Assembly (NCBI RefSeq): GCF_006345805.1
Contig: NC_042997.1
Span: 7,626,001 to 7,690,000 of the forward strand
DNA length: 64,000 nt
DNA from: Octopus sinensis
Lineage: Eukaryota
Direction of reading: 5' to 3'
Both the position numbers and the translations under genes were made by a program. How positions within the stretch are numbered: the first letter of the stretch is position 1; each line of letters opens with the position of its first letter. Below, piece by piece: positions 13,728-27,955 of the stretch. The notes under the pieces were generated by a model. The model did not search any database, was not told where the DNA came from, and saw only the letters and a program-made list of their open reading frames with translations.

Positions 13728-13778
<51 letters not shown>

Positions 13779-13834
13779 ATTACTATTATTATTATTATTA
13801 TTATTATATTATTATTATTATTATTATTATTATT
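13708..13834. repeat. (TTA)n microsatellite
   Basis: Directly visible. Confidence 0.95.
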
Positions 13835-14295
13835 GAGTAAGCGAGCGGAGCATGCCATTCGATGGTACTGGGGTAAAATAAACGAAGCCCAGTATAATCA
13901 CCATGACTATCCGTCTGATAAGGGTACACCAGACACATGCATCACAGACATATGTGTGCCACATGGTGCTCTCATATGAACATATACAGCGCATGACCTT
14001 GCTGGTGTGGCCCAGTTAGAATGTTTGTCACGTCGAGCAGCCTATCATGCTCAAAAGGTCCCTGAATAAGGGTTGTTTAAGGATGCTAAGCGAAAGAGTT
14101 ACGTTTCCAGGCGTGAATTATCCAAACCTCAAAGAATTCCTTTTAACACATGGCTATGATTATCCCCCACTACTTCTGTTGTTAATCAGGGATGCACATA
14201 TCGTCAGCCACTGAGCGACATTCTCAACTGGTTATGGTCAAACCACTGACATGGAAATCTGTGGTATTGAGCCCAATATTTGCTGTAGCCCACTA
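13835..14295 (-). mobile_element. Interspersed retroposon-like repeat ending in an (AAT)n tail
   Basis: A GC-richer 460-bp block abuts the (TTA)n tract. It resembles an abundant octopus repeat recalled from memory. No ORF. Confidence 0.5.
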
Positions 14296-14935
14296 GTTTT
14301 CATAATCATTCAATTGTTTAGAACCACCGCTGACATTCTGACCTGTCGATAAGAGACAATGCTTTCGTTGTTGTTGCCGTTGTTGTAGTGGTGGTTGAGG
14401 CTGTGTTTGTGATTGTTGTTGTTATTGTTACTATGATCATCATTAGTACCATATTTTTATCTCGTCGTTTATCCTTAACTTCAATGACTTGGTGCTTTGT
14501 AGCCAAAACTTAAATCTCTGTCAGAGAAGCAACCGTTTTGTGATTCCCCGTAATTCCACCTCAAATAACATCCACGTTACACGCGACACAGCACAAAAAC
14601 TCTGAAAAAACAATCTTATTTTGTTTTTCTATTTTGATCAGTAGAAAATTTCCGATAGTAATGTTTAGTGTCACTTTGAATCTGACCTCAAAGAGCTTGT
14701 TTAGGATGTATTTACAGTAATGCATAATGGTAATTCCATGTTAGTGAAAGAAAACAGACATGTTTCGGAATCTTTCTCATGTATTATGCTCCTACTATAA
14801 GAATCGTATTTTATCTATACTTCCGATATTTCTGTTGTTTTCTTCACTATCACCATATTGCGTCTGAAACCATAAATCACAGCAAAGACCTTGTCTTCTG
14901 CACTCACCGAGAATTATTTTCCTTTCGATTTTGGT

Positions 14936-15166
14936 AAGGAAACTCTAGCTGGCAGAATCGTTAGCACGTCGGCCGAAATGCCGAGCGGTATTTCGTCTGC
15001 CGTTACGTTGTGAGTTAAATTTCCGCCGAAGTTGACTTTGCCTTTCATCCTTTCGGGTTCGATAAATTAAGTACCAGTTACGCACTGGAGTCGATATAAT
15101 CGACTTAATCCGTCTGTCTGTCCCTTCTGTGTTTAGCCCCTTGTGGGTAGTAAAGAAATAAGTATT
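14936..15166 (+). mobile_element. tRNA-derived SINE with MetaSINE-like core (family A)
   Basis: Head agctggcagaatcgttagc, B-box-like gagttaaatt, and core gactttgcctttcatcctttcgggttcgataaattaagtaccag. Homologous copies occur elsewhere in the window. Confidence 0.85.
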
Positions 15167-15316
15167 AATTTTGAGGCAAAAATTTGCACTTCGAATATCC
15201 TAATTTTTTAACTTCATTTCACCCTGCTTTATTTTCACTAATTTTATTAAAGGTATAGATTGTTTCAAAGCTATTATGGTCCACGCATCAGTTGCCTTAA
15301 AAGCATCCCACAAATT

Positions 15317-15414
15317 TCTTCTTCTTCTTCTTCTTCTTCTTCTTCTTCTTCTTCTTCTTCTTCTTCTTCTTCTTCTTCTTCTTCTTCTTCTTCTTCTTCT
15401 TCTTCTTCTTCTTC
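15317..15414. repeat. (CTT)n microsatellite
   Basis: Directly visible. It is the source of the poly-Lys and poly-Ser ORFs. Confidence 0.95.
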
Positions 15415-18400
15415 ATCACCATCATTATTATTATTGGTAGTAGTAGTAGTAGTATTTGTTGTTGTAGTAGTATCATTAGCTTCATCAAAACTATCGCTGT
15501 CGCCGTCATCCAGTCAGACTTCATATTACTCTTTAATTTTAAATATGTGTTCAGACTGAACGCAATTAATTAGTGCTGTGTTAGATGACAGGACAGCTAG
15601 AGGAAACTGTTTGGATATTTTTTTTTTTTGTTTAGTGGTATGACATGTGGATATTTCTTTACTGACAAACGAACTTGTTACCACTTCAAGATACACATAA
15701 GTGGTAGCTACAATGTGAGCAGTAAAAGAAGCACCAACAGAAAAGCAAAATTGACAAGGAGAAATACATGTAAAATAACGAATGGTTTTACTTCCAGAAA
15801 CGTTGGGAGTAGTCGTCTCAAAGAATTGCCCAACAAGTAATAACAACACCAACAGCAATACGGAACACAGACATATGTATAAACTCATGCACCTACTTTG
15901 CTCATGCACCTATGTCGAGGAGTAGAAAGGGAAACAGAATATTCCAGGATATTTCTAGAACAAGGTGAAAATATACCTTTTCAGTAAAAGAAAATAGAAT
16001 ATTTGACACAACAATGAAGTGCAAATCAGTTACCACCAAATGCAAACATATAACGAAATTGACCGCGTCCACGACCTCAACCAGAAAAACTATATGTACA
16101 AATATGGAATCAAACGATTGCTAAGATTAAACACAAAGAACATGCTACAACGACAGCTGAACATAAAATTACTCCGTCAAGGATATGAAAGCACATAAGC
16201 CTCATCACTAGTACAAAAGTGACCACAGGTGGAATGGTAACAAGCAGACTAGCAATCGTTATAATTTACTCACACAAACCAAAGCCACAACGATTTAGTT
16301 GTTTACAAAACATAGCATAACTCTGGTCTTTCCGTAAATGCCATTTAAATATGTATACATTAATTTCTTAAAGAGGACGTTGAAAAGTATTAAAAAATCA
16401 ATAGGTATAAATTTCTAAAAGTGAATAAATCTGCCAAACAACGTAGAACAACAGTTTGCGTTAACTAACCCAGTTTGCGTAGGCGATCGCTTTTTTTTTG
16501 TTCTGCAGAGATAAGGTACGTGGCCTCTCTCTTATCCTATATTTTTTTAAATCAACACTGCCATTTTGAGACTGCAAAATATATGTGTGTTGGCGTGTAC
16601 CATCGTGGCAGTAAAAATACGCAAAACTTTTAACATACTATAGTTGATGTTAGAATCAGCAACACATGATTTTCAAGAACGAACGCGTCTTCTGTGACAA
16701 CGAGGCCTACATATTTCCTACTTGCAGGCGGATTCGAAGTGGAGTTGTCGAAAGAACTTTATAGTTACCTACTATAACTTGATCGTGCATGGAATGAATA
16801 CAAGGGAACGTAACGCCTTCAGAATAATACCAGTCTATATCCTAAACGAAGCGCATTTGTTTGGAAGAGTACAAAAAATCCCTATTATGGAGAGTTCATA
16901 TCTTTAGCACGAGTAAGAATTGGGTTATTATTTTAGATGTACACTGGGATTGTGTCTAGTCGACAGAACCGTGTGTAAACTCATGCAAAATTGATGAAAC
17001 CCCGCAAGCTATCTGTGATGCACTGACGACTATCTCAAATGCGTTTGAGACGGCATAGATCTAAAGCATCCCATAGCAGATTTGATATCTAACTGGCGTA
17101 TGCTAGGCCAGGAGACATAAATAATGGATGGTATCGGATAATTTGAAACGCTTATTTACACATGTATCAAATTTTTGAACTGCAAGATAAGCTCAGAAAC
17201 TATCATAACCTTCACCTTGTAACTGGAATCTCAATGAAATGTTCCTGGTGTAAATTGAGACGAGTTACAAATAACTAAATGACAGTTAACGTGGATGCTC
17301 TCAACAACATACACTTTATCTCTTCAATGAGATAGGATTCTTATATAATCTATAAGATTAAGCAAAACAAATGTGATAGTGAACATGTTATAAGGATTAC
17401 TTGTGAGTTAATTAAGAGAAGAGATTTGAAAACTTATTGTGTCCAAGACATGAATCATGTGATTTTCCAGTCTATTTTATTAAAGCATAAAGCCAATTGA
17501 AAGTTGTAAAAATAAGCGAACTGCGTAAGACACAAAGAAACAAAACGCATTCGATTACGTGATACAGATGAGATACCACATGGCAACACGCTAGCAAGAT
17601 ATTCTTATACATATGGCGAAGGACATGTTCTCTACTAGAGTACAACCAATCATAGTATTAGGCGCTTTGTAGTAATTCCACCAATTACCAGTGATTATAT
17701 ATCGATATATATTTAATTTATTCAAAAGCATGTGTGCATGCGTCTTTTGTATGTACTACACAGCTTATTACCGACATAGTGGACAAACATATTCACATAA
17801 TTGTAATCAGTAAATCATCTGTCAGACTCTTTTTACAGTAAAGCACTCTATGCTGCACCGAGTATATTGCTATTTAAACGCAGTAACAAAGATATGTTTA
17901 TATGTGCTTTCGCACACATGCACACACACACACACACATACAGTTGGTAAAAGTAACATAGACAAAGAGAGAGAAAAAATATTCAATGTTTTACTAAATT
18001 TGAATTACATAATGTTGTAGGAAATTGCTAAATGGGGACGGATTATTTAAATTATATATTCAGTGAATCAGAAAATATGAATACAGACATTAATAATACA
18101 AATAATGTTGCTAGATGTAAAAATACATATAAAACACTTGATTAAATATTTACATGATTTGCGTGTTTAAAACTCATCATTTACTTCTACATTAAACACA
18201 AAATCATTTACAGTTTGCTACATTTATAAGCATTATTTTTTATTTTTCACTCTCTAATAATATATAAATCTTTCTGATCCATGCGAAATTTAACTAAAGA
18301 ATTAAATAATAATGGCTTTTATCGATCCGATTAAATATAAATTTAAAATATTGGGGTGAGGAAGATATTACCTGTTGAATATAAATTTGTTTACGTTTTC

Positions 18401-18775
18401 TTTCAAAGAAGAACATTTTTTGTTTGTTCTTTTTTGTAATACACTAAATATCACGAATCGGAATTAGGAAATATTTCATTATATTTGTTTCAGACGGAAT
18501 AAATGGCATTAATATCTTGATGCGTTACGCACCTTACATATTTATGTTAGTGACAGTATGCGATAGGGAAATTATTAATGTGTTAAGGTGGCTAGACAGT
18601 AAAGTTTCTATTAAATCTGCGTGTTTCTCTATATAAAATGTCTCATAATTTCACACTCTTGTTTGCACTATGATTAAAATATTACAATTCTTTGATTCAT
18701 AAATGTGTGAGAGTTTGGGTATCAGTGTATGTATACACATACATATACAAACATATGGAAGGACTGTAGTTACAC

Positions 18776-19183
18776 TCTCGGCAGACTTGCCAGACACCCA
18801 TAAAATTATCAACCATCGTACAAACAATAACTCTGTGCACCTTTTCCAACTCCACCCATCTAACACCCGTGGACATACTTACAAAGTCAGAAAACAGCAC
18901 AGCTCCCATGACTTTAGGAAACATTTTTTCACGCTGAGAGTTGCTGAAGCATGGAACAAACTGCCGGCATCAGTTGTTAGTTGTCGGAGCACTGCATCAT
19001 TCAAAACTTCCATGCTTTCTGAGATTCGCCAACACTACACCGGATTTTCTCCCCTCCATACACACACAAGCATGTATCTGACTCATGCATTGTTCGCTTT
19101 CCAGAAATTTGTACATTACTGCATATACTCTGACAAGTTATGGCGCACCTGAGCACTGTATACAATCATTTCCTTATTATTAT
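18776..19183 (+). mobile_element. CR1 LINE 3' end
   Basis: ADL.DTHKII...NTRGHTYKVRKQHSSHDFRKHFFTLRVAEAWNKLPASVV...SFK is the canonical CR1 ORF2 C-terminus (TRGH, R.HFF..RV...WN.LP). A 3' UTR and TTA/TA tail follow. Confidence 0.9.
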
Positions 19184-19184
19184 A

Positions 19185-19254
<70 letters not shown>

Positions 19255-19264
<10 letters not shown>

Positions 19265-19460
19265 TTGTCCTGCTAGCATTGCTTGACAACCGATTCTGGT
19301 GTGTTTATATCCCCGTTACTTAGTGATTCGGCAAAAGAGACCGATAGAATAAGTACTGGGCTTACAAAAGAATAAGTCCCGGGGTCGAGTTGCTCGATTA
19401 AAGGCGGTGCTCCAGCATGGCCGCAGTCAAATTACTGAAACAATTAAAAGAATAAAAGAG
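19255..19460 (+). mobile_element. tRNA-derived SINE family B, 3' half
   Basis: Matches the 3' half of 34365-34810 (cttgacaaccgat...aaggcggtgctccagcatggccgcagtcaa). Confidence 0.85.
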
Positions 19461-20131
19461 TATGTATATATGTGTTTATGCATATGTGTATACGTTTGCA
19501 TGTATGCGTATCTGCTTAATATACAAGTACGCATGCACACACATATATGTAAATGTATGCGCTCGTGCATACATCGACAAATACTTCTGTCTCTCTTTCT
19601 CTCTGATTCCTCAACCCACACTATCACATTAGCCAATAGAATAAAAACATAAGTTTATTTATACAATCTTGACCATTCTTAGCATTCTTCCCTTCCGTTC
19701 TGAGGTTTACTACTCACTTTAGAAAATCCTCTGCAATACCTTGTTTCTACCCATCCATTAGTGTCATTCTAACATATCACTCTATCTCACACACCACACA
19801 GATTTACTACTTACATTCTTATTTATCTCTGTCCCTTCCCTACTCCTCTCTCATCCCCGTCCTAAAAACCTTGGCCACCAAATAACACACCTTTCTCACT
19901 TTGTTCACATTATTTCACTCTTTTCTCCTTTTCTCTTCCTCTTTCTTTGCTTCTTTTCTCACCTTTTCCTTTGAGCCCTGTCCTCATTTTGACATGCACA
20001 TTGCTTCCCCCCTCTCTGTCCGCTTAATACTACCACTACATTCTCAAATTGTCATTCACACCACAAGACCCCTTTGGATAAATAATACATAGAATCCACT
20101 TCACCACACTTTCTATTTGTAATGACAATAT

Positions 20132-20703
20132 ATGCCTACCACACGTTGATAATAGGCAATACACCTTGAAACCTAGGTCCGTGTGTGGTATCCGCTTCTT
20201 GGTGAATGATCTCCCTTTGCAAGATAGAGGACGCCGTGATGGCGTCGGCCTATCTGGTGACGTTGATGTTCGCCTGGGGCTAAACGCAACAGTGACACCC
20301 CCACCACCCTGCCCTGTCCCTAGCCATATTCAGTTGGCTAATATCCCTTATATTATGGAGCAGTCACTGTCTATGTCTCATTTAGAGAATTATTATTGCT
20401 GTCGAACGGATTTTCGAAATCAGTAAATGTATTTACTTGAAAATCCTTATATATATCTTGCACTGTTGGTCGTTCATCGAGAGGCGATGCCTACCACACG
20501 TTGATAATAGGCAATACACCTTGAAACCTAGGTCCGTGTGTGGTATCCGCTTCTTGGTGAATGATCTCCCTTTGCAGGAGAGAGGATGCCGTGATAGCGT
20601 CGGCCTATCTGGTGACGTTGATGTTCGCCTGGGGCTAAATGCAACAGTGATACCCCCACCACCCTGCCCTGTCCCTAGCCATATTCAGTTGGCTAATATC
20701 CCT

Positions 20704-20711
<8 letters not shown>
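20132..20711. repeat. 225-bp direct repeat pair (20132-20356 and 20487-20711) with a 130-bp spacer, partial-tandem insertion
   Basis: Two copies differ by only a few substitutions. The second runs directly into a pure (TA)n tract. Confidence 0.9.
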
Positions 20712-20779
<68 letters not shown>

Positions 20780-20782
<3 letters not shown>

Positions 20783-21010
20783 ATTTCTGCATTCATTCTC
20801 CTGTTTCTCTACATGCTCTTTATTTCCTTTCTTTGAAAAATAACTCCTTATATTGAACTCTAATATTTCCCTCTATTGAACCAACTCACATCCTCTCTGA
20901 TGAAAGGATATCACTAATATCTCAGTAACACCTGTAAAACTAACTTTCTCTTTATAAGATGCCCTGTAAATTCCACACACCCTTGGCTTTGTTGTTTCAT
21001 TTTATTTAAC
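20780..21010 (+). mobile_element. PLE-type pseudo-LTR relic with a degenerate hammerhead (20890-20940)
   Basis: CTGATGA-aagGATAT-cacta-ATATCtca-GTAAC-acct-GTA. The core CUGAUGA and stem II are intact, but GAAA is mutated to GTAA. Confidence 0.5.
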
Positions 21011-21075
21011 ACAGAGACACACATATATACACATACACACACATTCACACACAAACACACACACAAACGAATATA

Positions 21076-21123
<48 letters not shown>

Positions 21124-21681
21124 CTCCTACCGTAAATTATCTTACAATTTTGATTTTAATCTCCCTAGGTTTTCCTACCAAGCCCGTCAACCATTCTTTT
21201 CAGTATATCGCTTCACGCTTCATTGTTATTCACTTACGTTGTACCCCACGTCTCTCTCGGTCTCACTCCCTTCGACCCATTTCAATTCAATACTTAAATC
21301 TATAGACATTTTACATCTTACACTTTCCTGTATCTTTATGTATTCTTACTCAAACAAGACGCTTTATTTTATAAGTGGTTAATTTACTATTTCTTGTCTT
21401 CATTTATGTTGTAATATGAATTTTGCATGAGTATTAATATTACCATTTTGCATGGATTTCAACTTTACGACTAGTTTCCTCAATAATATATTTGTTAGTT
21501 TTTTTTTTCCATACATCATACAAACGGTTCTTTTCTCGGCATAATCTCTATCTGCGGCATATACAGGCCCAGGATCTACATTGTTTATGTATAGACAACA
21601 TTGTAACATACTCCACCGTTGTAAAATACAATAAACGCTAAGTACGCTTTTAACTTTCTCCCGCTCTTTAATATTTGTCAT

Positions 21682-22250
<569 letters not shown>

Positions 22251-22283
22251 AACACACGCACATACACACACACACATACACAT

Positions 22284-22334
<51 letters not shown>

Positions 22335-24441
22335 GCATATATATGAGTAGTAGACGACCGATGATGTAAAAATTAAGTGGACACGTAAATTTATTCTTTC
22401 GAACTCTCTCTTTACAAAACAGCACAACATCCTCAAGAAAATTACAAGTACGCCTACAATTTTATCTAGCACTCTCTTATTTTTTCCTAGGCATGCTCGC
22501 ATAATTAAAGAATTAAGCCACACTATAAACATCAGTTTTCGATTTTATTCTGTGAATTGCTTCAATGTACTGATAATGTTCTGTTTTAAAATCAAACAAC
22601 AAATATTACGAAGAGCCGAAACCGAATATACTCCCACATTCTCATTAATCTAGCATCCCATCTAATTCACTACATACACACACAAACACAAACGAAGGCA
22701 ACAATATTTTCTTATTGTTAAAGATTACTGAAGTACTTTCATTAAATTTTTCCTTAATTAAGCAATTACGGAAATTAAGCAAGGAATATATATGAGGGAG
22801 ATATATTTCAAGTTGAATGTTAACTATTCAAATAAACTATGCAAATAATGAATATCATTCCTATAGCGTTAAGTCAATTAATTAAGACCTGAGTTGGAAT
22901 TTGGAGTTTGCAAAATCTAGAGCTTTTATTTCTGTCTTTGCTAATGGGAAACGGAATGCGATTTATATAATGACTTACAACAGACGTCAAATTAAAATTT
23001 TTGGAGTCCTAGTTTATCAGTTTATCTTGCACAGTTTGAGTTTTATTTCTTTTGCATATGTTGCTTCCTTATGTTTTATTTTCATATATTTTGTATTTTG
23101 TAACTTCTCTGAAATGTTAGTATATCGTTTGTATGTATTCATGCTCTGTGGTTTATGATTTCATGGAAGTATATTATTAACAAATTCTTGAATACATGTC
23201 ATGCAGAGTTCATGGTTGTAATTTCTGAGTTGTTTATAACTGTGAAATATATTTCAGTTTCTTCAAAAATGAATGGAGTGTCACTGCGTGTGTCTTAATT
23301 AATATGGTTAGAAATGAGCATACGCATATGTTTCTACACGTGAATATTTTTCAAATAAATTTCATGCCGTTGAATTTCGTTTCTAATACTTGTTTTACTT
23401 TTGCATTGAATATGCTGAATGATGATGGAAAACTTTGTGTTAACTTCCCAAGAGACACAGTATGATGTGTAGCATATGAGATATCTTTAGTGGATTAAAT
23501 ATCACGTATTATCAAATGTGTTTTGGAAGTTAAATTCATCTGTAAACGAATTTCGTATACTTTTCAACTAGCCACATGATCTTGATTCGTATTGTGATAT
23601 AATATTTTATTTTCATGTTGCATATTGGCAATCTTGTGTAGGGTGTCTCGCCTTTGAATATTTTCTTTTTTCCTTGGATATAGTTCTCCTGGGGTAATAA
23701 TTTACGGCAGATTTATAATTAACAACATTTTTTGCAACGCCAAATTTTAGTTTAACGGTTAAAATTTAAATTTGCAACTTTATAATGCATAATCCTCCTT
23801 ATCAGTCCTAAAACTATTATTTACGTAATGACTTAAAGTTATAGAATTCTTGTAACAATAAAATTGTAGTTAATTTTTAATATGGTTAGTATAATTTTTG
23901 TCTAGTATAATTTTAATTCCAAATTTGTCAATTATAAATTTTATATTATAAGCTTTAATATTTAGTTTAACGTTTAATTTTTAGTTTAATTGACATATTT
24001 AAGATAGGTAACGTTTTTACTTTTCAGAAAAAAAAACAGGAAATTCTGTCTGATTACTTATTTAACTAAATAAATTAACCACGGAAATTATTTTTGTTTC
24101 CTTCATATATATATATATATATTGCTATTTTTCCTATTTGTAATATTTGAAGTATTTTTATAATTATCTCCCCTACTCCAGAAACCTTAAATAGAGGATA
24201 GTATTTTCTTTAGTACTGGTATTCATTAAATAAGAATTATCTCCCATACATGAGAAATAATATAAATAGAGGACATAACTTCAGTAGCCATCATTAACTT
24301 GCAGAGTTGACTGGTGCTCATCAAAAAGATAAGTCATGCTCATACTTTTCTTTAATATTATTAAATCTTATCAATTATTTATAAAGTATTGTGTAAGTAT
24401 ATCGTCTTAATTTATGCTGTAAATTTATTTTATGATACTGA

Positions 24442-24540
24442 GACCTGAAGAGAGACTATTTATCGTTGGATAAAAGAAATTTTAATTTGATTATTTTGAT
24501 ATTATAGATTCGTATACGTAGTCACGAAACGCGCGTCGTC
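24442..24540 (+). ncRNA. Candidate minimal type I hammerhead ribozyme with long stem II insert
   Basis: gac-CTGAAGA-gaGACTA-[60 nt]-TAGTCac-GAAAC-gcgc-GTC-gtc. All core residues are present, the cleavage triplet is GUC (cut after 24537), and loop III is the palindrome GCGC. Confidence 0.7.
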
Positions 24541-24652
24541 GTTTTGATGGGTATTTTTTTGGTGTATATTATTTAGCATAGAAATTGTTAGTACCATGTT
24601 AATAATACTATATTTAAACTTATAAAATATATTTCAATATTAATTGAATTAC

Positions 24653-25577
24653 GGTACTACTAGCGAATACTGGCCCCGGTGGGCACACACGCGCAGTCGC
24701 GCGTCCTCGCTAGCTAATAGTAAGTAGTCGATCCTACGACGACTTGCGCGTATGTAAATGAGTTAATTGGCGATACATATTTGTTAGCGAACAAAATAAA
24801 ATAATTTTTTACAGAATAAAATAAAAGATTTTGTTAAAGAAAGTAAATAAATTATTTCTTAGAACAATGTATATGATTTTTTTACACAAATCAAATAAAA
24901 AGCAAAGTAAATAATTTTTTTAACTAATAAAATTAATTATTTTTTAAAACAATGTATATGATTTTTTTTACACAAATTAAAAGGTTTTTGAACAAAGTAA
25001 ATAATTTTTAAAACTTATTTAATTAATTTTGACAATGATGGGGGTACACACTAACATGGTGGAATCATACCTAGATGAATTTCTGTGGAGGGAACAGTAT
25101 GGAAAATTGGACAGGAATGTTTTGAAAACATTCTTAAGCACCTTTCAGAATGGTTCACATTCGAGGAACTCAAATGAACTTCAACATTTTATTTTATTGT
25201 TTGGTGGCATTTTCGAACGAATTGCAAGAACTCTGAGATATTCAATTTTTTTTTTGCTATTTGCTTTTTATTTACTTAGTTTAATTTGAGTAAAAAAATT
25301 ACATACATTTAGTATATTCATTAAAAAAATTAATTAACTAAGTTTGTGTAAAAAAATCATATACATTGTTCTAAGAAATAATTTATTTACTTTCTTTAAT
25401 AAATTCTTTTTATTTTATTCTGTAACAAATTATTTTATTTTATTTTGTTCGCTAACAAATTTGTATCGCCATTTGCATACGCGCAAGTCGTTGTAGGACC
25501 GCCTACTTACGACTTGCTAGTGCGAATGCGCGACTGCGCGTGTGCGCGCACCGGGACCAGTATTCGCTAGTAGTACC
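24653..25577 (+). mobile_element. Merlin (IS1595/ISXO2-like) non-autonomous DNA transposon with residual transposase C-terminus
   Basis: TIRs of about 240 bp start GGTACTACTAGCGAATACTGG. The 9-bp TSD TTGAATTAC is perfect (24644-24652 and 25578-25586). The interior encodes MMGVHTNMVESYLDEFLWREQYG, matching the Merlin SYL.EF.WR motif. Confidence 0.85.
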
Positions 25578-25627
25578 TTGAATTACTTTATATATATATA
25601 AATATATATATATGATTATAAATCTGC

Positions 25628-26250
25628 TTTGGAGTTTGTCAGCGCCTTCATCTGCCTAGGCTCCACATTATCCAACAAAGGAAACTTGACTCCGGAGATT
25701 AACCGCAATTATGATCTAAACGCTGGGATCAGACACCCCCTATGGACTCGCTTCCGGTGCCACTGTTCTATCTCCCGGAATATGAAGCTCTGCATTCACA
25801 ACGCATCGGTCTATTTTATATTCTTTTATGGAGACCACAAAAACCCTAGTAAAGAAGATCAACTGCTTCGATAACAGAGCTCTAAGACCCATGCTGTAAG
25901 AACTTCAGTTGGTAACATCACATTTCAAACAAAGAACTGCGTGCGTGCAAGCATCGGCCAACAGGCTTCCAGCTCATAGCCATCTCTTCGCATGCTCTGG
26001 TACGGACATCTTCTCCATCTCTCACAAGATCATTTTACCAGGGATTTCCACTCATTTGACTCAGTATTTGCGGGTTGTAAGAACATTGTGGTAGTCCCCG
26101 TACAAAATGGATGGACATGACTAGAGACTCGACGTTACCTTGCACACTGGGACTGGTATCGGACCACCAGCGATGGAGAGCACTGGTGGATCTCGTCGGG
26201 TCATGATGAGGCCTCCCATCAAGCAAGAGCAGGAAGCCAAGCCATGCCGT
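25628..26250 (+). mobile_element. Decayed RTE-clade LINE, 3' part
   Basis: Across frameshifts: LEFVSAFICLGSTLS...EINR, SISRNMKLCIHNASV, LRMLWYGH, GSPRTKWMD and DHQRWRALV. Confidence 0.75.
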
Positions 26251-26397
26251 AAATATATATACAGGTGTGAGTACCAAAGAGTGCAAAACGTCTGTAACCT
26301 AATGTTTCCTGGTTAAATAAATGTATATTTGCCTATCATACATCTAGATGTTATGCATAAGAGTTTGGCTGAGCGATGTAAACATGTGCAACCAGAT

Positions 26398-26436
<39 letters not shown>

Positions 26437-27429
26437 TAATGGACTTATTTTGAAAACATTGTGAATATTTTCATATCTACATAAAGATAATTCAGAGCAT
26501 ATGCATATTCTGTTGCTCCCCTTGTAGAATCTGCAAATTTACATGTTTTTATCAATCATGAAATATTCGTCACCTGAAGTTATCAGTTTAACTTACATGA
26601 ATATCCATTTCTTCGCACTATGAATAATTAATTACTATAAACACAGACTTAAATAGCTAATCTCAAGCATCTTACAAATATATATCTACTTTTTAATTTA
26701 TATTCGAAGCCACGAAATGTTATTATTTATTAACAGATTTTTACATAACTTTGTCAGTAAGAAAATTATTTATGAAATTCTTATTACTTTTTACATAATC
26801 GGTGTATTTCACTCATGATTAAACAAATCAGTCATATCAAACGTACGTAATTATTTAAGTCGAAACAGATAGACTAAGATTCTCAATCATGCGTTTGGTG
26901 TCCATTAGACTAATACATTAATTTTATAACTAGTACGCCTACATTAAATATTCCAGTCAAATCCTTAATGTGTTTCTTTTCTATGATAGCGTAATCCTTT
27001 TTCTGTGTTACTGCCACTGAAAGGATTGAAACTAACGCCAAAAGTGTTTCTTGTTCGGCACACAGCATTGTACAGGTGGATATGCACATAAACCCGGACA
27101 CCAAGACACAGGATACTCACACAATATATTTGCAACGTATGTATTGATGGATATTCAAAGGTTGAAATGTAATATTCCGCGGAAGGGGCGAAATAGATTA
27201 CACCGACCACAGTGTTCAACTGGTAATTATTTTATAGACCCCAAAAGGATGAAAGTAATGATTTTGCCAGATCACTATCTTAGAGGTGAAATACTATATT
27301 GAAACCAAGTTCTGTAAACACATTTGATTTGCTATATTCTCAACTTTTTCCTCCAAGCAACGTACATGTGCCCGCGCGTTTGTGTGCCGTTTATGTACAA
27401 TAAATTTCAATTACATCTGTGAAACTGTA

Positions 27430-27955
27430 TTTGTTGTTATCACTTTCGAAAAGTGATACTGCGTTAATTGTAACACCTTTCGTCAGTCGAATATTAGCGA
27501 TGTGTCCTCTAATGTGTAGGCTGCCTTCATGGAAAAGAGTTTTAATTACGATTGATGCCGAGTAAATTACGTCGAGGTACCCTGCGTCAGGACAATGTAC
27601 TACTTCACAATTCCATTCTGGTAACCAAGTACTAGACAGACAAATGCATCGAACTGTAGTCTACCCTCTTATAGATCAGAACTCCTTGTGGCTTTGGTTG
27701 TACCCCAAAATCAGAGTAGGACTCAAGGGGCGTTGTTTGGAAGACACTGAGGAGATAATGGTGCTTGTGACAAGGGACATGCGACCTTCATTTTCAGAAC
27801 TTCTATTCGGCCTTCACGAAGTGACTGGAGAGCTACAACAAGTATACTGAAGTAAGAGGATCCTACTTGAAGTACACTTGTGTTTTTATTTTGTTTCTTT
27901 GAATTTAATAAATATATCTTCTTAAGAAAGTCTCCAAACTTCTAGAATGCATATT
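27430..27955 (+). mobile_element. Mariner (DD34D-type) transposase 3' fragment and right end
   Basis: QDNVLLHNSILVTKY, a decayed YSPDLAPCDFWL motif (..CGFW/WLYPKIRVGLKGRCLEDTEEI), and LESYNKYTEVRGSYL, which matches the mariner C-terminal ER..KC.E..G.Y motif. Confidence 0.75.

Noticed and set aside
15260-15559. Poly-Ser and poly-Lys ORFs
   Set aside because: They come from the (CTT)n microsatellite.
16480-17660. Possible ancient DNA transposon or pseudogene (higher-complexity sequence)
   Set aside because: No motif could be read confidently in any frame.
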